Shown here in pieces: positions 1-11,450 of a stretch of DNA of 32,000 nucleotides (position 1 is the first letter of the stretch; each line of letters begins with the position of its first letter). The translations under genes were made by a program, and so were the position numbers. Location of the stretch: the NCBI GenBank assembly GCA_004563595.2, contig CP042461.1, positions 900,001-932,000 on the forward strand. The letters run 5' to 3'. The notes beneath the pieces were generated by a model. That model did not search any database, was not told where the DNA came from, and worked only from the letters and a program-made list of their open reading frames with translations. The stretch is from Candidatus Saccharimonadota bacterium. Its GTDB lineage: Bacteria; Patescibacteriota; Gracilibacteria; BD1-5; UBA6164.

Positions 1-2304
1 ATAGGAGATAATTATTGACCTCAAACTGAATGAATATTATCAACTTGAATTACGTTCTTATTTCTCATACTTAATACGGTATTTTGAGTTGTTACTTCCC
101 TTCTCTATAAATCAAGAACCATATTGTTATTCTCATTTATTTTTGCTTATATCAACCCTCTTATTATCTGATGAAGCTCAGAAACTCCGTATACTCTTTT
201 ATGATACTCAATGATTGTATCACTTTGAGCATTATTTATAGGAATCAAACAAAATGATATTATACTCAAATACTCTGCGTTTATATTATGAAACTTATTA
301 TTTTTAATCGCTCCATTTGGTTGAGAAATAGAATGGATTACAAAGCTTCTTTCTAGTGGTTTTTTATGATTCATAAGCATAATTTCTCTTTATAAAAAGA
401 ACCCTGAAACTATTGTAAGTATTTTTGTACTTAATTATATATTCATAATATTACTTCTTATTTCTGGCTCTGATATATCTATATTATGAGGGAGTATGAG
501 CTTTATAAGTTATATGACATCAATACTTCTCTTCTTTTGAATATGAGTATGGTTATTCACCCTTCAAGCTATCAAGTCTATTACTCCTCTTTTATTATTT
601 CCTATACTGATAGTAATTTGACTTATTTTCTCAGGAAGTGTATTTTTCATAGCTCCTGCTATTGCGATTCTTGTTCTAACGTATCTGATATGATTTCAAT
701 TTCTGGAATCTTTCCTTACTCCAGTTTTTAAATATTTCTTCTTCTGAATTCTTGGTTGATTTATTTTACTCTCAAACTCATATCTCTCATTTCATTTAGT
801 AGATATAAGTTTCTCAAGTTTTATCACTGTTGTAATAGTATCATTTGTATTTATGTTTACATCATATTATTTATCAAGAAAAGAAAAATTAGAGTTCTTA
901 TATAGTATCTGAACCTTATGATGAATATTAACTCTCGCTCCTCTTTTAGTAGTATGAACTCATGATAATACTCTTTCTCAAGGCTTTGAAACACTTTCTA
1001 TTCTTTCTGTTCTCATATTTGCAATAGCAAACCTCGCTCTTCCTTTTGTAAATAAAACTCTTATAGAAAAAACAAGTAATGTAAAAAACCTTGTTACATG
1101 AAGTATCTTTGGGGTACTCTTTATATGATTTGAGTTATTTCGTTACTGAAATGAATACTTCCCTGGTATCAGCCTCTGATTTGCTTTTGCATGATTAGCA
1201 ATTCTATATTTTATTCTCAGTTATCTTATCCTAACTCAGCTTGGAATACAAAATATCAAAAAAGAATGAGCTTCAAAAAATACAGTTCTTTCATATCTAT
1301 TTATTTCAATCTCTCTCTTCTCTCTTGCTGTTTCACTTGTATTCTCATGACACGCTGAAATTATCTCAACAGTTTGGTTATTTGAAGCAACAATTCTCTT
1401 TTACTTCTATTCCAAAACAAAAGAAATAAAAATCTTTTCAGTTTGAATTATACTTTTTATGATTTGAATTATTAAGCTATTTGAGCTTCAAAATATTGTA
1501 CAAAAATGAGATTTTATATTCTTGATTCCATTTACCATTATATTCAGCTCACTTGTATGGAATATTAAATTCCTAGACTTTGTAAAAGACGGGGCACAAA
1601 GATATATTCATGATATCTTTCATATACTTTGAATCTGAGTATTATGAGCATTATTGTTAGAGATTATTCCAAGTACATGACATGGTTGGAGCATTCTAGG
1701 CATCAGTTCATTCTTACTCATCATTTGAACTGTCTATGCGTATTTCAGTTCAAAGCTTTTAAAAATATTTTTCATAGTAGCAATATCATTATTCACATTT
1801 GGACACTTTGAAGATTCTTCTCGTATTATGAATAACATTGATCGTGATGAGATCTGATATTTAAGAATATTACAATATATCTCAACAATACTAATAGCAT
1901 CTATAATTTATATTTGGCATAAATTTAATACTGAAAAACTTCTTGCAAATATATTAAAAATATTTATATCACTCTATATATTGGCTATTGTTTCATTCTA
2001 TATACATGACATATTTAACACTACCTTTGCTATCACAATATTCTGGTGACTCATTGCTTCTGGGTTATTACTTCACTGAATATCAAAAGATACAAAAAAA
2101 CTGAGAACCATTTGATTATATCTTCTCACACTCGTACTTGCTAAGATATTCTTCTATGACCTCTGGTATGGTCTGGATGACGCTGTAACAAGAGTTGTTG
2201 CATTTATGGTTATATGAGTATTACTGATCATTATTTCAACTCAGTACTCAAAGAAATATGGAAATAACTTATTAGGAGAGCTTCATTATAAGAATTTGGA
2301 TTAA
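1..2304 (+). CDS. Large polytopic integral membrane protein, function unknown (5' end lies outside the window)
   Basis: Frame 1 is open from nt 1 to TAA at 2302-2304 (768 codons) when TGA is sense; I count 42 in-frame TGA and no TAA/TAG. The translation is a long series of hydrophobic helices, e.g. FWGLIASGLLLHGISKDTKKLRTIGLYLLTLVLAKIFFYDLWYGLDDAVTRVVAFMVIGVLLIIISTQY. A terminator hairpin follows directly. Confidence 0.8.
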
Positions 2305-2339
2305 AAAAAGTACTGAGATAATATCTCAGTACTTTTTTG
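2304..2339 (+). terminator. Rho-independent terminator after the membrane protein gene
   Basis: Perfect 11-bp stem agtactgagat (2309-2319) / atctcagtact (2323-2333) with a 3-nt loop, flanked by an A-run and a T-run (ttttttg). Confidence 0.8.
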
Positions 2340-2701
2340 TTATTAGGTTAGTTATAGAACATTTTTTTTTAAAATGGAACTAAAATAAATGATAAAGTTA
2401 TAAGTCATATAATATGTATAAATGAAAATACATATTTTAAATATTCATCATTTGTTTTTAAGGTTTTATAAAACAATATGGAGCTTGTATTAATTAATCA
2501 GATAGTTAATGTAACTCCAATAAAAAGCGTTATAAAATAGTTATGTGTTGCTCATTTCGTCATATAATATACAAAAATTCATAAAAAGAAAAATAAGACC
2601 GATAATGTATATATTCTGAGGTTTATATTTTTCATAACTAAATTCTTAATAACTAAAATCTTAACTAGACGATATATATGAGTATAATAAAGTCAAATTT
2701 T

Positions 2702-3901
2702 TTATTTTAACTTCCCTATCACTTCAAAAAACTTATCTATCTCCTCTTTTGTGTTATACAAATATAAACTTGCTCTTACACTATGAGCATGTCAGTATTT
2801 TTCAAAAAGTGGTTGAGCGCAATGTTTTCATGACCTGACCGCAATATGATTTTCAGCTAGGATTTCTGCTACATCATGAGAATGTTGACTATCAATAACA
2901 AATGAAAATACCGAGACTCTGTTTTCTGGCTTATCAGATCCAAGAATATGGAAATAATCATATTGCTTTGCTTTTTCTAAAAAGTAGTTTGTTAATTGAT
3001 CTTCTACTGCTTCAAGTACTTCAAATCATCAAACACTATCAATATATTCAAACGCTTTGAGTAAACTATATGCTCCAGTTACATTTGGAGTTCCTGGTTC
3101 ATATTTATCTGGTAAACCTGCTGAAGAGAAACTATCTGAGGCTACATTTGAAATAGCTCAACCTCCAGAAAAAACACAATCCATCGATTCGAGTAATTCT
3201 TCCCTTCCCCATAAAACTCCTATACCAGAATCAGCAAAAACTTTATGTCATGTAAAGAATAGGAAATCACAATTTATTTTTTGTACATCAACTTTCATGT
3301 GTGGAACACTTTGAGAAGCATCTACTACAAAGAGAGTATCTTCTCTTTTAAGTTTTCCGACTTGTTCGAGATCAAACACTTGCCCTGTTACATTTGAAAC
3401 ATGAGTAAGAGAAATAACTTTTACGGATTCATCATATTTTGATTTAAAATCTTCCATATCTAAATTGAAATCTTCATCAACAGTAACATAATCTATTTCT
3501 ATACCTATTTCTTCTTTTAGAATCAACCAAGGGACAATATTTGCATGATGTTCAACAATAGAAACAAGAACTTTATCTCATTTTTTTAGTTTCTTATTTC
3601 TTCTCAAAGTTTGAGTCAATAGATTAATAGCATAGGTTGAATTAAATGTATAAATCACTTCTTTATATGAGTTTGCATTTAATACATCACATACCTTTTC
3701 TTTTGATTGTTTATAATAAATTTCAGAGGTTTGCGCAATGTCATACATTCATCTATGGATGTTTGAATAACTATTCTCTAAATATTCTCTTATCCCATCA
3801 ATTACATACTTTGGTTTTTGGCTGGTAGCTGTAGAATCAAAGAAGATTAAATCTGGATTATTTTGAAATATCGGAAAGTCTTTTTTAAAATCTGTTGTCA
3901 T
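2702..3901 (-). CDS. sufS: Cysteine desulfurase, SufS/CsdA-type class V aminotransferase
   Basis: 399-aa ORF under table 25, ATG 3899-3901 to TAA 2702-2704, with no in-frame TAA/TAG. Motifs: FFDSTATSQKP, NIHRG (G = TGA at 3749-3751), PLP-lysine context FFT-G-HK, and active-site Cys context VRS-G-KHCAQP. Confidence 0.9.
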
Positions 3902-3940
3902 ATCTTTTATTATAAATAATTACAAGAGTATTATATAAAA

Positions 3941-3975
3941 AAATAAAAAAAAACCAGTGTTTCTGGTTTTTTTTT
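3941..3975. other. Terminator-like A-run/stem/T-run hairpin between two divergent gene starts
   Basis: aaaaaaaaaccag-tgttt-ctggttttttttt: core stem ccag (3954-3957) / ctgg (3963-3966), extended by A:T pairs. It lies upstream of both sufS (start 3901, minus) and the ORF starting at 4064 (plus). Confidence 0.4.
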
Positions 3976-4063
3976 ATTTTTTTATAGTATAATTGACTTT
4001 ATTTTAAATTTATATATAAATTTATCACATGTTTTTTAAAAAACAATACTCTAGGAGCATAAC

Positions 4064-4549
4064 ATGATATTTACAACTGTAAATTTCGGACGCTACGAAA
4101 ATAAAAATAAAACTTTACCGCAAATTCTTTTTGATGATGCTGATTGGTTCTTTTACCAATATGAACGAAATCATTTTAAAGGAGCTTTAGCTAACGAATC
4201 TGAATATCTATACCATAGGGCAAGAAATATTTGTATTCCAAAAGAACACCCAGACAATTGGAAGGTAGAATACATGCAGCAACACCCCTCACAAAAATTT
4301 GCTTCTATGATGATCGTACAATTAAGCAAACCTAATCATGAAGGAATAAGTAAGGCTACATATATGGATAGAATCGATATGCGTTTTCCAAAATCTATAG
4401 GTGATTACGATAAACTCGGATATCAACTGTTTATAAAAAATATGAAACATTGTATTTTTGGATCTACAACAATACGTATGACCAAAAAAAAATGTGAGGA
4501 CTTCTTTCGAGATGACTCAAAATTTTTTCTATGATCTACTTTCTCATAG
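4064..4549 (+). CDS. Hypothetical protein, UGA-free ORF; the standard-code stop TGA at 4532-4534 would be read through to TAG at 4547-4549 under table 25
   Basis: 156-aa standard-code ORF with all 6 Gly encoded by GGN and no internal TGA. Classic AGGAG at 4053-4057, 6 nt before the ATG. Under table 25 the terminal TGA adds G-S-T-F-S before TAG. The N-terminal FGRYENKNKTLPQILFDDADWFFYQYE weakly recalls DUF3820-type FGKYKGKTL motifs (low confidence). A strong terminator follows. Confidence 0.65.
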
Positions 4550-4560
4550 AACTACAATAA

Positions 4561-4597
4561 AAAGCCTTTGTTTTATAATAAAACAAAGGCTTTTCTT
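4561..4597. terminator. Bidirectional rho-independent terminator between convergent genes
   Basis: Perfect 14-bp stem aaagcctttgtttt (4561-4574) / aaaacaaaggcttt (4580-4593) with loop ataat and a T-rich tail. It sits between the stop at 4549 (plus) and the stop at 4635 (minus). Confidence 0.85.
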
Positions 4598-4634
4598 TTA
4601 GTTAAAAATTTCAGTAATAAATATACATAATTAA

Positions 4635-6689
4635 TTATACTTTCACCTGCCTCTTCTTCAAAACCTTCGCAAGTACAATAGTAATAATAAATAATATGGC
4701 TGCGAAATAGAGCATTGTAATATCAATATCACTAATAGCTTGGCTAAATGATTCTATTTTTTGATTATGAAACGCTGATCAGGCAATAACAAATACTGAA
4801 GCTCATGGGATTATTCAGATAAGAGTAGCAAGGAAGAATCCTTTAAAGTTAATCCTTAAGAATCATGAAATATAGTTTACAAGATCAAATGGAAAAAATA
4901 ATAATCTCGTCATAAGGATCGTCATAAATGGAGATTCATTTGCTTTACTCTTTAAATCATCTACCAGTCATCCATGTGAATCTGGTCAGATAATTTTTTT
5001 CCCAAAAACAGTTCATAAGAAATAGGCAAATGCTGCACTCATATTTTCCCCCACTAATGTGAAAGCAATTCATAACCAAGGACCAAACAATGCACCAGAC
5101 ATAAATGTCATCAAAGTAGCTGGGAATAATACTACTGGTCTAATTGCATAAAAAAGTATGTATATAAATGGCCCAATTGCCATGTTTCCAGATATAAAAT
5201 TATAGATATTTATCGCGATTTGCTCCACATCTAAATTGTTCATCTTTTTATAATAAAAAAATGAAAATATAATTATGAACCAGATAGTGGCTGTTACGAC
5301 TTGGAGTATATTATCTTTGATATAATATTTTGCTTCGTTTTTTATATTCCCCAAAGTATGAATCACAAAACTATCACATACTTTTTTGATGAGTTCTGCT
5401 TTGGTAGGATATGCAAAAATAGTTTTAGAAATCTTATATGCTGAGATATTATTCTCCATTGCTGAAACAAGTATAGGTAACATTTCTCATGCTTTCGTTC
5501 AAGCAATAGTGGCTCATAAAATCTTTCAACTTACTCTTTTAAAATTAATTTTTACAAATCAAACTTCATCATCAGTAAGTTTGCTTCTATCATTTCCTGA
5601 AAAATACAGTGTCTTTGTTACAATATCATCCTTTGAATAATATTTTAATAATTCTGTTCATGTCTTTCATACTCTTGCTATCTCTGTATTTGTATATAAC
5701 ACAGCTGGTAAAACCGACTTTTTTACTGATTTTTTTAAAAATGGAACTAATATGTTTCTTATTACACCTCTTCATTCATTATTTGCAAGGTGAGTAAATT
5801 GAGGATTTCACTTCACACAATCTCATATAGCATATATATTTTTTGAGGATGTTCTGTTAAATTTATCTATAGTTATCCCCTTCTGATCAAACTTTATATT
5901 CGCATTTTTCATATCTAATCCATTCACATTTGCCCCTCTTCATAATGCAATCAAAACTTTATCAAAAGGAATTTTTCTTTCTTTCTTTCAATCCTTATCC
6001 AGAATAACAAGCTCTTTTCATTCAGCTCTCAGAGCAGTTGTATTCTTGCATATTTTTATTCATTTACTTTCAAATATTTTTTCAAGTAATTCTGAAGACT
6101 TTCCTTCTTCTCTTGGGATAAGATTCTTATTTCTTTGGAGAATAGTTACATTGACATTACTATTTGCAAATGATTCTGCAAGCTCACATCCAATATATCC
6201 TCAACCAATAATAACTAATTCTTTTATATTTTCCTCAAGTTCAAATACATTTTCATTTGTAAAAATATCTTTTTTATCGAGTCCTTCAATAGGAACTATA
6301 TTTGCATGTGATCAAGTAGAGATAACAATATTTTTCGCTGTAATTTCTTTTTCTCCATCTATGAGAACTGTATTTTTATCTTTAAAACTGGCAAATCAAC
6401 TGATAACTTTCATTCCATATTTTTCTAATTTTTCTTTTGTCTCTTCATCTCTGATTACTTGCCTTCTTTTTCGTACTTCTTCTAAGACTCATTTTATATC
6501 TTTGTGATGTCCTTTTTTTGCAATATCAATAAAAGCTTTTGATGGCACACATCAAAAGTTAGTACAGTCCCCTCAAAAAAATCATTTTTCTATTAATGCA
6601 ACTTTCTTTCATGCTCATGCAAGTCATATAGAAACTGTGAGTCATCCTGATCCAGATCATATTACTATTACATCATAATCAAATTTCAT
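4635..6689 (-). CDS. Fusion protein: N-terminal FAD-dependent pyridine nucleotide-disulfide oxidoreductase (dihydrolipoamide dehydrogenase/mercuric reductase-like) plus C-terminal DedA/TVP38 (SNARE-associated) membrane domain
   Basis: 684-aa ORF (ATG 6687-6689, TAA 4635-4637), checked codon by codon for absence of TAA/TAG. N-terminus: MKFDYDVIVIGSGSGGLTVSI (FAD fold), redox-active disulfide GGDCTNFGCVPSK, NAD fold LVIIGGGYIGCELAE, and dimerisation region ILGATIAGTKAGEMLPILVSAMENNISAYKISKTIFAYPTKAE. This runs directly into TM helices and the DedA-like YAIRPVVLFPATLMTFMSGALFGPWLG. The junction lies inside standard-code ORF 5070-5483, so the fusion is not a recoding artefact. Confidence 0.85.
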
Positions 6690-6846
6690 TTCTATTTTCT
6701 TTAAGTTTTAATATTAAATTAATCATATTGAATTACCTTAAGTAAATCTTAAAAATCTACAATAAATAATTTTTATTTTAGTGTTTTTTTTACAAAAACA
6801 TTATTTTTTATATAATACATCTAAATTATATCCTAATATATATTTT

Positions 6847-9081
6847 ATGAATATGAAAAAACAAGCATTTACTATTATCGAGCTTATAGTTGCTATTACA
6901 ATAATGGCTATTATATCAATAATAGCATTTATCTCTCTCCAATGATATTCCAAAAATGCTCGTGATTCAGTGAGGCAATCTGATATTGCACAAATTACCT
7001 CTGTAATGTGATTGTACGAAAAACAAGTATGAAGGTTTCCAAAACCAACCGAATGAGTAGATATAACATATAGTTGAGCACAAGTTTGGAACCAATGAAC
7101 TATTTGAGATAGCGTAATACTAAATTTATGAGATTTTAATCAAAAGCCTGTTGATCCCCTTACCTGATCAGAATATACATATTCAAGACTTAATACAAAA
7201 AGTGAATATGAAGTAGCTGCTGTAATGGAGTGATGAATATCACAAAATATATTAACAGGAAATACATACGCAGAGTGAAACATAACCTGATATACCTATA
7301 TAAGATGAAATTATAATAAAATACTTGCAAAAGTGAATACTTGATCTATTACTTATGTTTTAGGAGTCCCTACTATTATTTCATGAGATATAACGCTAAG
7401 AGATATAATTTCACTTATGCAATCTTCATCTCTCGTGTATAATGGCTCATCTAATTTACCAGCAAGTTATATATGAACTAGGTTCAACTCAAGTTGAAAT
7501 GGTGGATGATTTACATTTAATCCATGAAATATTGTAGCCTATACATGAACTACTGAATCTCTTAGTGATATAGATAATCAAGTGACATTGTTCAATAATT
7601 TACAAACAATTTATACAGCTACTGATGTAGTAAATAATAATGGTATTATTACAAAAATAGTTGATGCAGATGATTGAACTGTAGAAGAAAAGATATTAGC
7701 GAGTATAATAGTAAAGCAACATATTAATTCTTGAATAGAATTATATACGGATACGTGACCTGTATACTTTGTAAGTTCTATCACAACAAACGCATCAGGG
7801 AAATCATATTGAGAATCCATTATTTATGATTCTTCTTGATATATATATATAACAGGTTTGTACAAGTGAGATGTAACAATTTGAACTGATACATATTCTA
7901 GTGCTTGAAATTACGATATATTCTTAGCAAAATTTGATTCTAGTTGAAATTATATATGGAGTCAATCAGCTTGATGAACCGGGAAAGATGTCCCTTATAT
8001 GTTAAATATAGATTCCAGTGATAATTTGTATTTAATATGAAGATTCTCAGATTGAAGTCCTGATATTTTTTGAACAACATTTACTAACTCATGAGATTAT
8101 GACATATTTTTAACAAAATTTGATTCTGATTGAAATGTATTAATCAATAAAAAGTGAGGTTGAACTTGAAATGATAGACCAAAAGGGATAGTAATTTGAA
8201 ATGATTGATCTGTGTATATAACATGACAATATGACTGAACTGCTGATATTTTTTGAATGTCTATCAGCTCTCCTGACGCAAATCCTGATAGTTTTGTAGT
8301 GAAGTTAGATAATACATTAACAAGCACATGGGTCCAAAATGCAAACTCAATTTGAATTGATTGGTGAAATACTATTGCTATAGAGGATATAACTTGAGAC
8401 CTATATATAGCTTGATCTTTTTCAGATAATATGACTTTATATTGAGCCGCTATCACTACTTATTGACAAGGTGATTCATACCTACTTAAAATGAATAATT
8501 CAGGGGTATTACAATGGATAAATACTTCTTGATGAGTATGATATGAAGAGTCTGAACACGTAATCATTGATAATAACTGAGATATTTTTTTTACAGGGTG
8601 GTTTAGATGAATCTCTGCAACACTATTTTGAGAAGTTGTAAGTTCACCAGATAATGGTAGTCGTAATGATACCTATGTTTCAAAATTAACGAGTAATGGT
8701 GTCCTTGTATGGAATAGTATTTGAAAATGACCCGGAAATGATTATGGGCAAAAACTTGCACTAGATAATGATTGAAATATATATTCAGTTTGATCTGTTT
8801 GATTATGAGAAAATAGTTTATTTGGAAAAACTGTCACGACATCGGTAGATGGGGTTACCTATGTAAGCAAGCTTGACTCTAATTGAAATGCTCTCTGGAG
8901 TAAGTTATATTGAGAACATAAAATTAGAGATGATTATTCGGATATAAAGTTTGATGGAACAAGTCTATATCTAGTATGAGGATACGAATGAACATCAACG
9001 GTTGCGTGACAAAGTCTTACAGCTATTTGATCAAATGAAGCATTTTTTGGTAAAATAAACGCGGATTGAAATATTGAATAG
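6847..9081 (+). CDS. Giant type IV pilin/pseudopilin-like protein with a C-terminal beta-propeller-repeat (SBBP-like) domain
   Basis: 744-aa ORF (ATG 6847, TAG 9079-9081), frame checked throughout. N-terminus MNMKKQA|FTIIELIVAITIMAIISIIAFISLQGYSKNARDS is a prepilin-type leader plus hydrophobic helix with Glu at +5. Also a pilin-like QKPVDPLTGSEYTY. The C-terminal two thirds carry repeated units of the type FLAKFDSSGNYIWSQSAGGTGKDVPYMLNIDSSDNLYLIG, FLTKFDSDGNVL, VSKLTSNGVLVW, LDNDGNIYSVG and VSKLDSNGNALW, in which many of the Gly are TGA. Confidence 0.85.
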
Positions 9082-9091
9082 TAAATAGAAT

Positions 9092-9124
9092 AAAAAAAAG
9101 CTAGAGTATATCTAGCTTTTTTAT
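9092..9124. terminator. Bidirectional terminator shared by convergent genes
   Basis: aaaaaaaagctaga-gtata-tctagctttttt: stem gctaga (9100-9105) / tctagc (9111-9116) flanked by an A-run and a T-run. The TAG stop of the minus-strand ORF (9101-9103) lies inside the stem. Confidence 0.7.
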
Positions 9125-9493
9125 TTTATAATAATTTTCTACTTTTATAAAAAAGTCTGAAATTACCTTATTATTTTTTTGAGCCTTGTTTTCAACAGCA
9201 TTGTGTTTCCAATACATTAAAGCCCCCTCACTAAAATCATTGTGCTGTAATATTTTATTACTAACAAACACTATTACTTTCTCTTCTCCTAATTTTATAA
9301 CAATATTATCCCTTATAGAAAAGGAAAGATTATCAATAACACAAAGCTTTGATGATTTACCACATTTTTTATCTTCAGCATGTTTTATCAAAGAAGATAT
9401 GACGTTTGCGTTCTCAACTCCATAATAAATTTGTGTTTTTATTGTAGAACAAGAAACAATTAAGCTTAATAAAAATATCAGAGAAATTCTCAT
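9101..9493 (-). CDS. Small putative lipoprotein, hypothetical (UGA-free)
   Basis: 130-aa ORF intact in both codes. Signal peptide with lipobox MRISLIFLLSLIVSC. All 4 Gly are GGN. SD-like AAAGGA lies 8 nt upstream of the ATG (GG at 9503-9504). Confidence 0.6.
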   Translation of the reverse strand: MRISLIFLLSLIVSCSTIKTQIYYGVENANVISSLIKHAEDKKCGKSSKLCVIDNLSFSIRDNIVIKLGEEKVIVFVSNKILQHNDFSEGALMYWKHNAVENKAQKNNKVISDFFIKVENYYKIKKLDIL

Positions 9494-9561
9494 TTTGATA
9501 GTCCTTTAAGAAAAAGTACTTGAACTATACATTTAATTTTTTGATATGCAAGCGGAGCTTC

Positions 9562-9596
9562 AAAAAAAGACGAGATTTCAAATCTCGTCTTTTTTT
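9562..9596 (-). terminator. Rho-independent terminator of the trx-ccdA-msrAB operon
   Basis: Perfect 10-bp stem agacgagatt (9568-9577) / aatctcgtct (9581-9590). On the minus strand it directly follows the msrAB TAA and is followed by a T-run. Confidence 0.85.
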
Positions 9597-10689
9597 ATTC
9601 TTCAAACATCTTCACATATTCTCAATACCCTTCTCCTTCTAAATCTTCATCAGCTATAAATTTCAGAGCAGCTGAGTTAATACAGTATCTGAGTCATCAT
9701 TGATCAGATGGTCAGTCTGAGAAAACATGTCAGAGATGGGAATCTGCTTTTTCGGACCTGACTTCAGTTCTTGTCATAAAAAACTTTGTATCCTCTACTT
9801 CTTCTATGTTTACTTTATCAATAGGCTTCGAAAAACTTGGCCAACCAGATCATGAGTCATATTTATCTTTTGATGAGAACAATGGGGTCCCATCAACTAT
9901 GTCTACATAAATTCCTGCTTCTTTATTATCATTGTATTCATTATCAAAAGCTCTCTCAGTTGCATTTTCCTGAGTCACTCTATATTGAAGGTCTGTGAGT
10001 CTTTCTTTTAAACTTTCCTTATCATTTTTTGTTTCTACTTTTTTTGCAGAATCTCACCATGTATCTTCTATATATCCTTCCCTTCATGATCATTTTGCAT
10101 AGATTTTATATTTCAAGGCAGATTTCTGTGCGTAATCTTGATGGTACTCTTCTGCTTTATAAAAAGCAGTAAATGGAAGTATTTCAGTTACTATTTTTTC
10201 ATCATACTTTCATGAGTCGTCTAATATCTTTTTTGAATTTTCTAAAATTTCTTTCTCTTCAGGAGTATTATAGTACATCGCTGTTGTGTAGTGAAAACCT
10301 CTATCAGCAAATTGTCATCCTGCATCTGTTGGATCTATTTGCTTCCAGAATAAAGAAACGAGATCTTCATAGTTTACAATTTCTGGATCAAAAACTACTT
10401 TTACTCATTCTCTATGTTTTGTATTTCAAGATGAAACTTCTCAGTATGTGGCAGTTTCTTCTGTTCATCATAGGTATCAGCTTGTTGCTTCGATAACACC
10501 ATCTTGAGCATCCATTATTCACTCAATACACCAGAAACAACCTCAGGCTATGTATAATTCTCTTGCATTTTCTGTTTCCATAGTTTTTTTTGTTATATCT
10601 TCTACCTTTTCCCCATTATTCACATGAACAAAAGCAGAAACTAAAATTATAGTTGCAACAATTCCTAGAACTGTTCATATAGTTTTCAT
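9595..10689 (-). CDS. msrAB: Membrane-anchored/secreted peptide methionine sulfoxide reductase MsrA-MsrB fusion
   Basis: 364-aa ORF, no in-frame TAA/TAG. N-terminal TM/signal [21 protein letters not shown]. MsrA motifs: AGGCFWCIEG, SGYLGGTEETATY, HREGVKVVFDP. MsrB motifs: [20 protein letters not shown] (G = TGA at 9730-9732), [10 protein letters not shown]. Confidence 0.93.
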
Positions 10690-10691
10690 AA

Positions 10692-11423
10692 TTATTTATT
10701 TACTTTATCTAAAATACTCTGTTCAAAATTTGTAATATCAAATATTCCAGCATCAATAACAGCTGACTCAAAGTCTTTATCCCATCACATTATAATTGCA
10801 AAACCTAAAAATAGAAATAATACTCATAGTACTTTTTTAAATTTTGATTTTGGACTTGAAATTCATTTTACTTTTGATATAAATTTCTGACCAAGAAGAG
10901 CTATAAGTAATAATACTACACTCAACCCAGTTACATATGCAAGAAGGTTTATAATTCCTGTCATAAAACTTGCTGGCAGTACCACGGCAAGAATAATTGC
11001 ATATGTTGGACTACAGCTTGAAAAGACAGGACCAAGAGAGAGTCAAACCATAACACTTCATATATGTCATTTTTTTTGAGCACTTTTTCACAATAATTTA
11101 TTTGAATTACTTGAAAATCCTAACTTTGTAGAAATATTTTTCCATACATCTGGAAATAATGTTACAATTCAAAACCCTATAATAAGAACTCATGAAAATA
11201 ACTTCCAAACGATTGGATCAATAGCAATAAACAGAGTTGTTGCTTTGAGTACGAGCGAGAATACAATAATTGATGCAGCAAGTGACAGAATAATTATATA
11301 TGGTCGTATTTTATCTTTTGCATCTTCTATACTTGCTCATAAAATCACTGGTAAAAGAGGTAAAACACACGGAGATAATATGGTTAAAACTCCTGCGAAA
11401 AATGATACTATTAGTAGTCACAT
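10692..11423 (-). CDS. ccdA: CcdA/DsbD-family thiol-disulfide electron-transfer membrane protein
   Basis: 243-aa ORF, ATG-TGA start at 11418-11423, TAA 10692-10694, 2 nt upstream of the msrAB ATG. Motifs: AGVLTILSPCVLPLLPVILG and second-half LGPVFSSCSPTYA. Multiple TM helices. Confidence 0.9.
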
Positions 11424-11450
11424 GATTATTTTTTATTATTAAATAAGCCC

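Noticed and set aside
2340-2701. About 360-bp AT-rich gap between convergent genes, examined for a small gene, sRNA or repeat
   Set aside because: Under table 25 the longest ORF I found is about 21 codons. There is no convincing stem-loop, repeat or conserved-looking motif. No terminator for sufS is evident either, so it remains unexplained spacer.
6046-6507. 153-aa plus-strand ORF, and similar ones at 5386-5640 and 5609-5797
   Set aside because: They are antisense shadows of the verified 4635-6689 minus-strand fusion gene, with a low-complexity Ser/Phe/Leu-rich translation.
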